A DNA stretch of 64,000 nt from Sphingomonadales bacterium (GTDB lineage: Bacteria; Pseudomonadota; Alphaproteobacteria; Sphingomonadales; Sphingomonadaceae). Positions 8,719 to 17,505 of this stretch are shown piece after piece. The translations under genes and the position numbers were made by a program. The stretch covers positions 19,700-83,699 of the forward strand of contig JAYVGQ010000100.1 in assembly GCA_043771985.1 (NCBI GenBank). Direction: 5' to 3'. Every line of letters starts with the position of its first letter. Position 1 is the first letter of the stretch. The notes beneath the pieces were generated by a model that was given only the letters and a program-made list of their open reading frames with translations, was not told where the DNA came from and ran no database searches.

Positions 8719-9927
8719 TTAAGCCGCGTTCCGAACCTCGGCAACAATCTTCTGCGCCGCATCGCCCAAGTCATTGGCCGCGACAATCGGCAAGCCGCTG
8801 TTCGCCAATATGTCTTTGCCCTGCTGCACATTGGTGCCTTCCAACCGTACGACCAAAGGAACTGACAGATTCACTTCCTTGGCCGCCGCCACAATGCCCT
8901 CGGCGATAATGTCGCATTTCATGATGCCGCCAAAAATGTTGACGAGGATACCCTTTACCGCAGGGTCTTTCAGGATGATCTTGAACGCTGCGGTCACCTT
9001 TTCCTTGTTCGCGCCGCCGCCGACGTCAAGGAAGTTGGCGGGGAATTCGCCATTCAGCTTGATAATATCCATCGTCGCCATGGCAAGGCCAGCGCCGTTG
9101 ACCATGCATCCGATGTTGCCGTCGAGTTTGATATAGGCAAGGTCGTAATCGCTGGCCTCTACTTCGGCAGGGTCTTCCTCGGTCAAGTCGCGTAAGGGGA
9201 CCAAGTCCTTGTGCCGGAACATGGCGTTGCCATCAAAACTGACCTTAGCATCCAGCACCAACAGCTCATCGCCCTCTGCCCCTTTGCAGACAGCCAGCGG
9301 GTTAATCTCAATCTGTTCAGCATCGGTGCCGACAAACGCGGCGTAAAGACACGCGAGAACCTTGGCACATTGTTTCGCCAAATCGCCGGATAGATCCAAA
9401 GCCTTTGAAACGCTGCGGCCATGGTGCGGCATCAGGCCGGTGGCAGGGTCGATGAGGATTGTGTGGATTTTTTCGGGCGTGTCGTGCGCGACATCCTCGA
9501 TATTCATTCCGCCTTCGGTCGAGGCGACAATCGCGATCCGACTCGATGCCCGATCCACCAGCAACGCGAGGTAGAATTCCTGTTTAATGTCTGCGCCATC
9601 GGTGATGTACAGGCGGTTGACCTGCTTGCCCTCTGGTCCGGTCTGAATCGTCACCAGCGTGTTGCCCAGCATTTCGCGCGCATGCGATTCAACTTCATCC
9701 AGGTTGAACGCCAAGCGAACGCCGCCCTTGGCATCGGGACCGAGTTCCTTGAACTTGCCTTTACCGCGACCACCGGCATGAATTTGTGATTTCACGACAT
9801 ACAAAGGCCCGGGAAGTTGCTTCGCAGCGGCGATGGCTTCTTCGACCGACAGGGCTGCAATACCTTTTGGCACAGCAACGCCAAATTTCGCGAGCAGTTC
9901 TTTTGCCTGATATTCGTGGATATTCAT
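8719..9927 (-). CDS. sucC: Succinyl-CoA synthetase beta subunit
   Basis: [47 protein letters not shown]. Confidence 0.97.
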   Translation of the reverse strand: MNIHEYQAKELLAKFGVAVPKGIAALSVEEAIAAAKQLPGPLYVVKSQIHAGGRGKGKFKELGPDAKGGVRLAFNLDEVESHAREMLGNTLVTIQTGPEGKQVNRLYITDGADIKQEFYLALLVDRASSRIAIVASTEGGMNIEDVAHDTPEKIHTILIDPATGLMPHHGRSVSKALDLSGDLAKQCAKVLACLYAAFVGTDAEQIEINPLAVCKGAEGDELLVLDAKVSFDGNAMFRHKDLVPLRDLTEEDPAEVEASDYDLAYIKLDGNIGCMVNGAGLAMATMDIIKLNGEFPANFLDVGGGANKEKVTAAFKIILKDPAVKGILVNIFGGIMKCDIIAEGIVAAAKEVNLSVPLVVRLEGTNVQQGKDILANSGLPIVAANDLGDAAQKIVAEVRNAA

Positions 9928-10014
9928 GGGAGGATGCGTCCTTGTAATGCCAGATTTGCTGGAGGCTTAAGCACAGACAGGCGGTGAATGGAAGTCCGGG
10001 AGCGCCAAGTTTTT

Positions 10015-10629
10015 CTATTGCGCGCGTAGCTCCATCGCCACCAGCTCGGCACGTAGCGTTGGTGCATCGATGAAGTGATGGGCGACAAAGCCGTTCTCTC
10101 GCGCAGCAACGATATTGGGCAAATTGTCATCGATGAATATCGCTTCGCCCGGCGATAGGTTAAAGCGGGTGAGCGCGAGTTGATAAATCGCTGCGTCAGG
10201 CTTCACCATTTTTTCGACACCAGATACGATAATGTCACGGAAATGATCGAAAATCGGTTGAGCCGGGCGGAAACGCTCCCAGAATTCTGCGCCAAAATTG
10301 GTGATCGCGAACAAAGGCACACCGCGCGCAGCCAGTTCTTCGACGATCTCGTATGATCCCGGCACCGGCCCGGGAATGGTTTCGTTGAACCGCGTGGCAT
10401 AGGCATCGATGTGCGCCGCATAGGCGGGATACTGCGATTTCAGCTCTGGCAGCATCTCTGCCAATGGTCGCCCCGCATCATGCTGAAAATGCCATTCAGG
10501 CGTCACGACATTAGCCAAGAACCAATCCAGCTCCGCCGCATCATCAATCAGCTTTGCGAACAAATGCCGCAAATCCCATTGCACCAGCACGCGGCCAACA
10601 TCAAAAACAACTGTGGTAACTTTTGTCAT
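10015..10629 (-). CDS. HAD-family phosphatase/hydrolase
   Basis: VVFDVGRVL, ITNF, KPDAAIY, FIDD motifs I-IV; ATG 10629 preferred as start. Confidence 0.88.
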   Translation of the reverse strand: MTKVTTVVFDVGRVLVQWDLRHLFAKLIDDAAELDWFLANVVTPEWHFQHDAGRPLAEMLPELKSQYPAYAAHIDAYATRFNETIPGPVPGSYEIVEELAARGVPLFAITNFGAEFWERFRPAQPIFDHFRDIIVSGVEKMVKPDAAIYQLALTRFNLSPGEAIFIDDNLPNIVAARENGFVAHHFIDAPTLRAELVAMELRAQ

Positions 10630-10648
10630 CGCGGCGATTTCAGACAGC

Positions 10649-10680
10649 AAAAAACCGCCCGCGAATGAATCGGGGCGGTC
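10649..10680 (-). terminator. Intrinsic terminator downstream of rpmJ
   Basis: Minus strand GACCGCCCCG...CGGGCGGTTTTTT hairpin plus U-tract. Confidence 0.6.
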
Positions 10681-10728
10681 AATGCTTTTGCCATTATGTG
10701 TACGGGGTGACGAATCACCCCCGTGAAC

Positions 10729-10854
10729 TTAACCTTGGCGCGCTTTGAAACGACCGTTGGTTTTGTTGATCACATAGGTGCGACCACGACGGCGAATCAC
10801 GCGGTTGTCGCGGTGACGGCCCTTAAGCGATTTCAAAGAATTGACGACTTTCAT
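10729..10854 (-). CDS. rpmJ: 50S ribosomal protein L36 (zinc-free type)
   Basis: Not in the ORF track; manual translation [41 protein letters not shown] (41 aa), with no Cys ligands. Confidence 0.97.
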   Translation of the reverse strand: MKVVNSLKSLKGRHRDNRVIRRRGRTYVINKTNGRFKARQG

Positions 10855-10972
10855 CGGATTGTTCCGTAAATTTGGGGCCAAAAGGCCGGATTTGAAGGCG
10901 CGCCACTATGGGAGGCGTCAAATAAAGTCAAGCGCCATTGCGGCTTTTGCAGGGTAGGCTTAGGGTTGCGCC

Positions 10973-11560
10973 ATGAAAAAACTTTCCCTGATTTCCGCCC
11001 TTGCTTTGTCCATAACGCTGACCGCGTGCGTCGTCCCCACCGGCCCTGTCGAGGTAACGCGGTTCAACCGCTTGGCCGATGGCTATGTTTACGGCAATGG
11101 CAGCTATTTGGCGACACCTGCAAAACCTAGCGATGCTTTGTCACTTTCGCCGTATCTCGCCGCTGTGGCGCGGGAGATGCAGCGGGCGGGCTATCGCGAG
11201 AGACTCGATAACAGCGATGTGATTGCTGAGGTCACCGTGAATGCACGCAAAGCTGAAGCGGCACAGCGTTCACCAGTTTCTGTTGGCGTGGGCGGCTCAA
11301 CGGGCAGCTACGGATCGGGTGTCGGCTTAGGCCTTGGGCTCGATATCAGCGCGCTGGGCAACAAAGACCGCGTGGAAACAACGCTAAGCGTCCGGCTTCT
11401 GCGCCGCGCCGACAATCTGGTAATCTGGGAAGGCCGCGCTGTACAAAGCGCAGGGGCGAGCGCGCCCGCCGCCCAACCGGGCATTGCCGCATCGAAACTT
11501 GCCGCGGCTTTGTTTGCTGATTTCCCCGGCAAATCGGGTGAGACAGTGACGGTGCCCTAA
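10973..11560 (+). CDS. Lipoprotein, DUF4136-like
   Basis: Lipobox LTAC; VSVGVGGSTGSYGSGVGLGLG Gly-rich segment; VIWEGRA. Confidence 0.75.
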   Translation: MKKLSLISALALSITLTACVVPTGPVEVTRFNRLADGYVYGNGSYLATPAKPSDALSLSPYLAAVAREMQRAGYRERLDNSDVIAEVTVNARKAEAAQRSPVSVGVGGSTGSYGSGVGLGLGLDISALGNKDRVETTLSVRLLRRADNLVIWEGRAVQSAGASAPAAQPGIAASKLAAALFADFPGKSGETVTVP

Positions 11561-11613
11561 AACAGTCAGCGACAACGCTCGACTAAGTGCTTCGCCCGCG
11601 TTAATTCGCGCAG

Positions 11614-12750
11614 ATGGCAATATCAGACATCAATGCCGCCTTCGATAGCGGCAACATCATCGTCCACTCCATCACCGGCGCAGCGGCAACACTTTCGATT
11701 CGTAAAGACCGCGAATCGGAATTTGCGCAATGGTTCCATTTCCGCGTTGCGGCGGAACCGGGCGTGGAGATTACCCTCAAACTCACCGGCATGGAAAGCA
11801 GCGCCTATCCCGGCGGCTGGCCCGATTACCGGGCTTGTGTGTCCGAGGACCGCGATTATTGGGACCGCGCTGATACGGAATATGACAAAGGCGCAGACGG
11901 CGGCACGCTGACCATCCGCTACACCTCAGTCAGCGGCTTGGCATGGTTCGCGTATTTCGCACCGTATAGCATGGAGCGGCACCATGATCTGATCTCTGAC
12001 ACAGCGGGCCTAGAAGGCGTCGAATACCGCTGCCTTGGCCATAGCCTTGAAGGGCAGCCGATTGATTGCCTGGAAATGGGCAGCGGCGATACGCAGGTCT
12101 GGCTCTATGCGCGGCAGCATCCCGGCGAAAGCATGGCGGAGCATTGGGCCGAGGGTGCGCTCGATATGCTGACCGACCCTGCCGACCCGCATGCGCACAA
12201 ATTACTGGAAAAATGCCGCATCCATATTGTGCCAAACTGCAACCCCGATGGCAGCTGGCGCGGGCATCTGCGCACCAATTACGCTGGCGTAAACCTGAAC
12301 CGCGAATGGGCCGAGCCAAGCGCCGAACGCAGCCCCGAAGTATTGTGCATCCGCAACGCGATGGATACCACCGGCGTGCATTGGGCGATGGACGTCCACG
12401 GCGACGAAGCCATTCCCGCAGCCTTCATGGCAGGCTTTAACGGCATCCCGTCTTGGACCGACGATCAAGGCGAACGCTACCAGACTTTCATCGACCGGCT
12501 GGCGGCACGCACCCCCGATTTCCAGACCAAGCTGGGCTATCCGGTGTCGGGCAAAGGCAAAGCGAACCTGACGATGTCCACCAACCAATTGGCGGAACGG
12601 TTTGGGCCGTCGCACGGCTGTGTTTCCATGACGCTGGAAATGCCTTTTAAGGACACCATCGACAACAACGACCCTGACCAAGGTTGGTCGCCCGAACGGT
12701 GCAAGCTGTTGGCTCGGGAGTGTTTGGCAACTTTGTCGGAGTTGGTTTGA
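11614..12750 (+). CDS. M14 family zinc carboxypeptidase (cytosolic carboxypeptidase-like)
   Basis: RQHPGE, PNCNPDG, NLNREW, DVHGDE, TLEMPF motifs. Confidence 0.9.
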   Translation: MAISDINAAFDSGNIIVHSITGAAATLSIRKDRESEFAQWFHFRVAAEPGVEITLKLTGMESSAYPGGWPDYRACVSEDRDYWDRADTEYDKGADGGTLTIRYTSVSGLAWFAYFAPYSMERHHDLISDTAGLEGVEYRCLGHSLEGQPIDCLEMGSGDTQVWLYARQHPGESMAEHWAEGALDMLTDPADPHAHKLLEKCRIHIVPNCNPDGSWRGHLRTNYAGVNLNREWAEPSAERSPEVLCIRNAMDTTGVHWAMDVHGDEAIPAAFMAGFNGIPSWTDDQGERYQTFIDRLAARTPDFQTKLGYPVSGKGKANLTMSTNQLAERFGPSHGCVSMTLEMPFKDTIDNNDPDQGWSPERCKLLARECLATLSELV

Positions 12751-12944
12751 TGCTCTTTAGGGCAAATCGAATACAAAGTTTTAACAACAGCGAAATGATT
12801 GGTTGATTGTTAATTATCAAATCGGCAATTTCTTGGATGCAGGGCATGATCATCGTGTCGTTCCTCTATAGATTGTAGAGGGATTTACTTACGTCTTACA
12901 CAGAGTTCCGACGGCAATTATATACTTGAGTGAGCAGAATTACT

Positions 12945-13157
12945 ATGTCACAAGATTCGAGACAGGCCGGTGCTAGAATTAGAATTACTCCGCAGATGTT
13001 AGCGGCGGGAGAGGATTACGCTTTTGAACAGCTTCAAGAAGTTCCTCTTTCAGAATTTTCCGTTCGTCAGATAGTATCCGGAATCCTGCGCGCTGCGCTA
13101 ACTGCCGAAACCGGTCTCGATGACCGGGGTCATTTTGCTCGACAAAATCATCTCTAA
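12945..13157 (+). CDS. Small IS passenger protein (ITPxMLxAG motif)
   Basis: 70-aa ORF starting just inside the left IR, RIRITPQMLAAGED; overlaps the 3' end of the opposite-strand cargo gene. Confidence 0.5.
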   Translation: MSQDSRQAGARIRITPQMLAAGEDYAFEQLQEVPLSEFSVRQIVSGILRAALTAETGLDDRGHFARQNHL

Positions 13158-13641
13158 GGTCCGCTAGATCAATAACTAGAATCGTGGTGTCTTGGATTAG
13201 GTGAGTAAGATAGGCTTGAAAATCTTGTCCTGCTAATTTGCTCGGTTTTGAAGGGTTAATCGCTACAATTCTTGGCGGGACAGCGGCCTCAAAAATCTCA
13301 AATATTGTGTGAACGGTTGCATTGCGTTTGCCTGATAGCGCGTTGGTTCTGGCGTTTAGCTGGCCAATGCGCTTTAGCACTCGCCGCCGAGCATGATGCT
13401 CCGGATTCCTAGCTCGCAGTTCTTTGGGGTCGAATTGTAGAGTTATAGGGGCAATTGTAGTTATCAGTTGGCGTTGCATCGATCCTGTTTGAAACATGTT
13501 ATAAATCGCGTCAATTACGGCACGATCAGCCCCCGGTATCAGTCCGGTGCATATCAAATACCAAAGCTCCTCAACTTGGTTCCAAAGCGACGAAGTTTCA
13601 CCTACAAGGGCGTGTATTTCTTTTAATTCGGAGACAATCAT
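12985..13641 (-). CDS. IS passenger protein, putative HEPN-like RNase
   Basis: 218 aa, predicted helical; N-terminal LVGETSSLWNQVEE (E24) and R106-N-A-T-V-H111 (Rx4H) motif. Confidence 0.55.
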   Translation of the reverse strand: MIVSELKEIHALVGETSSLWNQVEELWYLICTGLIPGADRAVIDAIYNMFQTGSMQRQLITTIAPITLQFDPKELRARNPEHHARRRVLKRIGQLNARTNALSGKRNATVHTIFEIFEAAVPPRIVAINPSKPSKLAGQDFQAYLTHLIQDTTILVIDLADLRDDFVEQNDPGHRDRFRQLAQRAGFRILSDERKILKEELLEAVQKRNPLPPLTSAE

Positions 13642-13786
13642 GACGGCTCAATCAAACGGAGATGGCACCTATTCCGAAGCGGAAGCAGAGGCCCGTCGAG
13701 AGGCGGCATTAAAGCAAATGTTTGCCACCCCTCACAAGCCGCACAAGGCTAGCAAAAAGGATGACAAAGAGTCTCGCGGAAAATAG
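13640..13786 (+). CDS. Small IS passenger protein (LKxMFxTPHKPH motif)
   Basis: 48 aa MTAQSNGDGTYSEAEAEARREAALKQMFATPHKPHK...; SD GGAG at 13630-13633. Confidence 0.6.
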   Translation: MTAQSNGDGTYSEAEAEARREAALKQMFATPHKPHKASKKDDKESRGK

Positions 13787-13848
13787 CGGGGGTAACTACG
13801 TGTGAGCATGGGCTTAGAATTGCGCCATGCCTATATCTATCCCTTGCC

Positions 13849-14076
13849 TTATGGATTTTGCCTCTGAATCAGATTTGATGCAGTCAAAAGTTCAGCTGCG
13901 GTCTTTTCGTCGCCATGCTCGTAAAGCAGCGCAAGCTCCTTTAATATCTCCGCATATTCAGCCGAATTTTCCGACGTCAAAAGACCGTCCTTCCACATTC
14001 GCAGAGTTAATCCGGCTGTCAATTTTGTAAGCAGGCCAATAATTTTTGCAAGTCCGACTAGTCTTTCATCAACCAT
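13849..14076 (-). CDS. Small IS passenger protein, hypothetical
   Basis: 75-aa helical ORF downstream of and co-oriented with the transposase; purine-rich SD-like leader. Confidence 0.55.
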   Translation of the reverse strand: MVDERLVGLAKIIGLLTKLTAGLTLRMWKDGLLTSENSAEYAEILKELALLYEHGDEKTAAELLTASNLIQRQNP

Positions 14077-14123
14077 AATATCGCTTTCTCTTTTCGCCTA
14101 TCTCTAAAGGTATCACAGCCGTC

Positions 14124-15032
14124 TTAGGCGGCGATTTTGTCAGTCCGCCGATATGTGAGGCGCTTGCCTTCCATGCCCTTCACGATGACCGCAGCGCGCT
14201 CGCTGTCAGTTAATTCGCGGGTGTTGTAACGAAGGTCGAATTCTTTGCAGTAGCGGCAAAGGTGCGCTTCGCTCATATGGTGATAGGTGCCGATGACGCC
14301 GCGCTTGAATATCGAAAAGAAGTTTTCTGCGGTGTTAGAGTGCTTGTAACCGCCAAGGCCGGTGAACTGCTTTGCGCTGTGATTGACCGAATAGTGAGCG
14401 CCAAATTCACGACCGACGCCTTTATAGATGGGGCTTTCATCGGTCATAAGATGGGCGCTGCGATCTACATTGGTAACAAGCAATGCGCGGACGTTCTTTG
14501 CATTGACGTTGGCAACGTGAAAGCTGCGAACATGGCCTTCACGCTCGACAAGGGCAACAACGGCCTTCTTGGGAGCGGGACGGCTATGAGCACGATTACG
14601 GGCCTTGCCTCCTACATAGGTTTCGTCGGCTTCAACTACGCCGCTGCCACCACCTAGAGGGCCGGTGTCGGTAGCACCGTCCATTGCTTCGCGGATGCGG
14701 TGGCAAAGGAACCATGCTGTTTTGTAAGTGACGCCGATCATACGGGCCATTTGGCTTGCGCTCATGCCCTTCTTTGAAGCGGCCATGATGTGCGTTGCCA
14801 GCAACCACTTGTGCAAAGGAATGTGGCTGCGCTCCATGACGCTACCAGTGCGCACGGTGAACTTGTCGCGGCAATCGTTGCAAAGGAACATGCCAGCCTG
14901 TGTCTTGCCTTCCATACGGCGGACGCGGGTTGAACCACAGTGAGGGCAGAACACTCCATCAGGCCAGCGCGATGCTTCCAAATGGGCGGTTGCTTTGGCT
15001 TCGTCGTGAAAAATAGGGGCTGCAATGTTCAT
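14124..15032 (-). CDS. IS1595 family DDE transposase
   Basis: Zn ribbon CPHC...CNDC, HTH, catalytic motifs EADETY, MTDE, NTAENFFS, YHHMS...LCRYCKEFDLRYN; frame uninterrupted. Confidence 0.95.
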   Translation of the reverse strand: MNIAAPIFHDEAKATAHLEASRWPDGVFCPHCGSTRVRRMEGKTQAGMFLCNDCRDKFTVRTGSVMERSHIPLHKWLLATHIMAASKKGMSASQMARMIGVTYKTAWFLCHRIREAMDGATDTGPLGGGSGVVEADETYVGGKARNRAHSRPAPKKAVVALVEREGHVRSFHVANVNAKNVRALLVTNVDRSAHLMTDESPIYKGVGREFGAHYSVNHSAKQFTGLGGYKHSNTAENFFSIFKRGVIGTYHHMSEAHLCRYCKEFDLRYNTRELTDSERAAVIVKGMEGKRLTYRRTDKIAA

Positions 15033-15150
15033 GGCTTTGTTCCTTGTGAAGCCTGAATAGCAAAGTCAGTCTGCTAAGTAAAGTATATAATTGCCGTTCC
15101 GACAGGCTTTTGCCCTCAACCGGACGCAACCTATATAAGGTCTTAGAAAA

Positions 15151-15732
15151 ATGGACACGCGACCATCGATAGGCGAAGCGCTTTCGCGAGCTAGGCGCGT
15201 CTTGGACGAAGCGCGTGCTATGCAATATACTACCCCTGACTCTGATGGTCCTTTCGACGGCGAAGATTTGGACGATCCTAAGCTAATGTCACAGCTTATG
15301 GCGGTGGCACGACATCGAATTCTTTGTCTTCCTGATGTTACAGAGGCCCTTCAAGCGGTTCATGCATTACTAATTCGCACTTGGGTGAAAGGAAATGAAC
15401 GCACGAACAGATGTCGGGCGAAATCGTCATCATTGAATCTTTACCGTGTCGCGAACACCGCAGGGAACGATATAAAAATCCTAGCGGAGAGTGCTGATTG
15501 TGCGCGATTTTTTGCTTATGATTCAGGTCATGTTAGAGAAGAAAAAAATGCCTCCGTTTTCCTTTATGATGAACAGCAATTAGCGGAACTCAAGATTTCA
15601 GGTTCTGCGACTGGAAGAGCAATCCGTGAAGGAGTTCCGGGAGTCCTCAAGTCAGTGGGGTCTGGAATTGTAATTGAACAGGCTGGAAAAGTATATGTTC
15701 CGTTGACAGTTATCGACCCCGCAAAAAACTGA
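15151..15732 (+). CDS. Hypothetical protein (AT-rich islet)
   Basis: 193-aa ORF with no recognisable motif; visibly more AT-rich than the flanking core genes. Confidence 0.65.
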   Translation: MDTRPSIGEALSRARRVLDEARAMQYTTPDSDGPFDGEDLDDPKLMSQLMAVARHRILCLPDVTEALQAVHALLIRTWVKGNERTNRCRAKSSSLNLYRVANTAGNDIKILAESADCARFFAYDSGHVREEKNASVFLYDEQQLAELKISGSATGRAIREGVPGVLKSVGSGIVIEQAGKVYVPLTVIDPAKN

Positions 15733-15736
15733 CGTT

Positions 15737-15770
15737 CCGGTGATGGATTTCTGTTTTCGGGGAAATAGTG
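15737..15770. repeat. Degenerate right arm of a REP-like element
   Basis: CCGGTGATGGATT is identical to 38279-38291 inside the ImuB REP and is followed by a decayed TGGATT...TTCGGGGAAAT arm. Confidence 0.45.
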
Positions 15771-15875
15771 GAGAAGTTACGGAGCATTCTAGTGAATACA
15801 GCCCGAAGCGAATAGTCGAGGAATTTTAGCAGCTCGCCCTTGACAATGCGTCCAAATCTGGCGACCTCCTTTGCC

Positions 15876-16061
15876 ATGAAAATTGCAACCTTCACAGAAA
15901 TCTCCAAAGATTTTCACGCTGCAATGGACCGTGTAATTGACGATCATACGGCCATCGCGATTACGCGAAAGGGCGGCAAACCTGTCGTACTGCTCAGTCT
16001 TGAGGATTGGAATTTTTTCCAGTCGAAGATCGGTGGCGAATTAACTATCATCTCCGATTAA
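15876..16061 (+). CDS. Phd/YefM-family antitoxin, short, with no adjacent toxin
   Basis: FTEISKDFHAAMDRVIDDHTAIAITRKGGKPVVLLSLEDWN matches the YefM N-terminal DNA-binding domain; only 61 aa; TTGACA at 15840-15845. Confidence 0.75.
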   Translation: MKIATFTEISKDFHAAMDRVIDDHTAIAITRKGGKPVVLLSLEDWNFFQSKIGGELTIISD

Positions 16062-16068
16062 CCCGCCC

Positions 16069-16548
16069 ATGCACATCACCCCCGACGACCTAACCGGCCC
16101 AGAAATCCGCGCCCTCCTTGAAACCCATTTTGCCGGAATGTTGGCGAGTTCGCATGTGGGGTCTTGTCACTTTCTGGACTTTGAGGGGTTGAAGGGACCG
16201 GGGGTTTCGTTTTGGTCGGTGTGGACTGATGCTGGTGCGGACGCAGCGTTGATGGGGTGCGGGGCGGTGAAGGAACTTGATCCCAGTCACGGCCCAAAAC
16301 ACGGTGAGATCAAATCGATGCGGACGCATGCCGATCATTTGCGCAAAGGCGCGGCGGCGGCGATGTTGGAGCATATTATCGCGACTGCGCGGGAGCGCGG
16401 CTTACGGCGGTTGAGTTTGGAGACAGGATCGACACCAGACTTTGACGCGGCGCATGGGTTGTATCGGCGTTACGGCTTTGAATACTGCCCGCCCTTTGGC
16501 GATTATGTCGACGACCCGTTTAGCCGGTATATGACTTTGGTGCTTTGA
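16069..16548 (+). CDS. GNAT N-acetyltransferase (YsnE-like)
   Basis: GCGAVKEL, HGEIKSMRT, HLRKGAA, LSLETGS, LYRRYGF. Confidence 0.88.
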   Translation: MHITPDDLTGPEIRALLETHFAGMLASSHVGSCHFLDFEGLKGPGVSFWSVWTDAGADAALMGCGAVKELDPSHGPKHGEIKSMRTHADHLRKGAAAAMLEHIIATARERGLRRLSLETGSTPDFDAAHGLYRRYGFEYCPPFGDYVDDPFSRYMTLVL

Positions 16549-16569
16549 ATCTGACCATCGCGCTTTTTC

Positions 16570-16716
16570 GTTTCATGCAAAGCACGCGAAGATTTTTAAG
16601 AGGTCGGCATAAGACTTTGCGCGAAGCGCATTCAGATGAACTGATGTTGAAAGTGCGCGCTCCGCGCGAGTTCCTAAGCTGACATCTTTGAAATCTTCGC
16701 GATCTTTGCGTGAAAC
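16570..16716. repeat. REP/MITE-like element with 26-bp inverted ends
   Basis: GTTTCATGCAAAGCACGCGAAGATTT at 16570-16595 vs the inverted copy at 16691-16716 (23/26). Confidence 0.8.
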
Positions 16717-16809
16717 TAATTTCGAATCATCACAGCCTAGTGCAACGCCAATTGTGCAGCGCGCCCCCTCCCGCTAAAGGCGCGATGAAATCTGACACAA
16801 GGACACCCC

Positions 16810-17496
16810 ATGCCCAAACTCATCCTCATCCGTCACGGCCAGTCGCAATGGAATTTGGAGAACCGTTTCACCGGCTGGTGGGATGTGGACGTGACCGAAA
16901 AGGGCGCAGCCGAGGCTTGGGCAGCGGGCGAGTTGATGCGCGACAAGGGGATCGCGCCCGATGTCGCCTTTACCAGCGTGCAGACCCGCGCGATCAAGAC
17001 GCTGAATCTGGCGCTAGAAGCAATGGGCCGTTTGTGGTTGCCGGTGACCAAAGACTGGCGGCTGAATGAGCGGCATTATGGTGGGCTGACCGGCCTTGAT
17101 AAAGCTGAGACAGCGGCCAAGCATGGCGAAGAACAGGTCCATATCTGGCGCCGCAGTTTCGATATTCCGCCACCGCCGCTGGATGCCGATTCGCCCTATG
17201 ATTTATCATCCGATCCGCGCTATGCAGGCATTGCTATCCCCAGTGCCGAGAGCTTGAAGGATACCATCGTCCGCGTGCTGCCCTATTTCGAAAGCGCGAT
17301 TGCGCCCGAATTACGGGCTGGCAAATCGGTGATTATTTCCGCGCATGGCAATTCGCTGCGCGCTTTGGTCAAGCATCTGTCGGGCATTTCGGACGCGGAC
17401 ATTGCCAGCCTTGAAATCCCTACCGGACAGCCGATTGTCTATGAGCTGGATGATGCACTGAACGCGACCGACCGGTATTATTTGTCGGAGCGGTAA
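16810..17496 (+). CDS. gpmA: 2,3-bisphosphoglycerate-dependent phosphoglycerate mutase
   Basis: [38 protein letters not shown]. Confidence 0.97.
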   Translation: MPKLILIRHGQSQWNLENRFTGWWDVDVTEKGAAEAWAAGELMRDKGIAPDVAFTSVQTRAIKTLNLALEAMGRLWLPVTKDWRLNERHYGGLTGLDKAETAAKHGEEQVHIWRRSFDIPPPPLDADSPYDLSSDPRYAGIAIPSAESLKDTIVRVLPYFESAIAPELRAGKSVIISAHGNSLRALVKHLSGISDADIASLEIPTGQPIVYELDDALNATDRYYLSER

Positions 17497-17505
17497 GGGG
17501 CAGCT

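Larger units (their letters stand above)
12913..15095. mobile_element. IS1595-family (ISNwi1-group-like) transporter insertion sequence with passenger genes, 2183 bp
   Basis: Terminal IRs 12913-12938 and 15070-15095 (23/26 match, starting GGCAATTATATACTT); perfect 8-bp target duplication GTTCCGAC at 12905-12912 and 15096-15103; encloses the transposase and four other ORFs. Confidence 0.93.

Noticed and set aside
8719-9927. sucC without an adjacent sucD
   Set aside because: To my recollection a split sucC/sucD arrangement is usual in sphingomonads, so it is not treated as novel.
12647-12853. 68-aa minus-strand ORF at the left edge of the islet
   Set aside because: It overlaps the M14 peptidase 3' end by about 100 bp and has no recognisable motif; it may be a fragment but I cannot support it.
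13829-13843. Possible internal cryptic IS end (reverse GGGATAGATATAGGC)
   Set aside because: Only 8 of 15 bases match the real IR and there is no associated target duplication.
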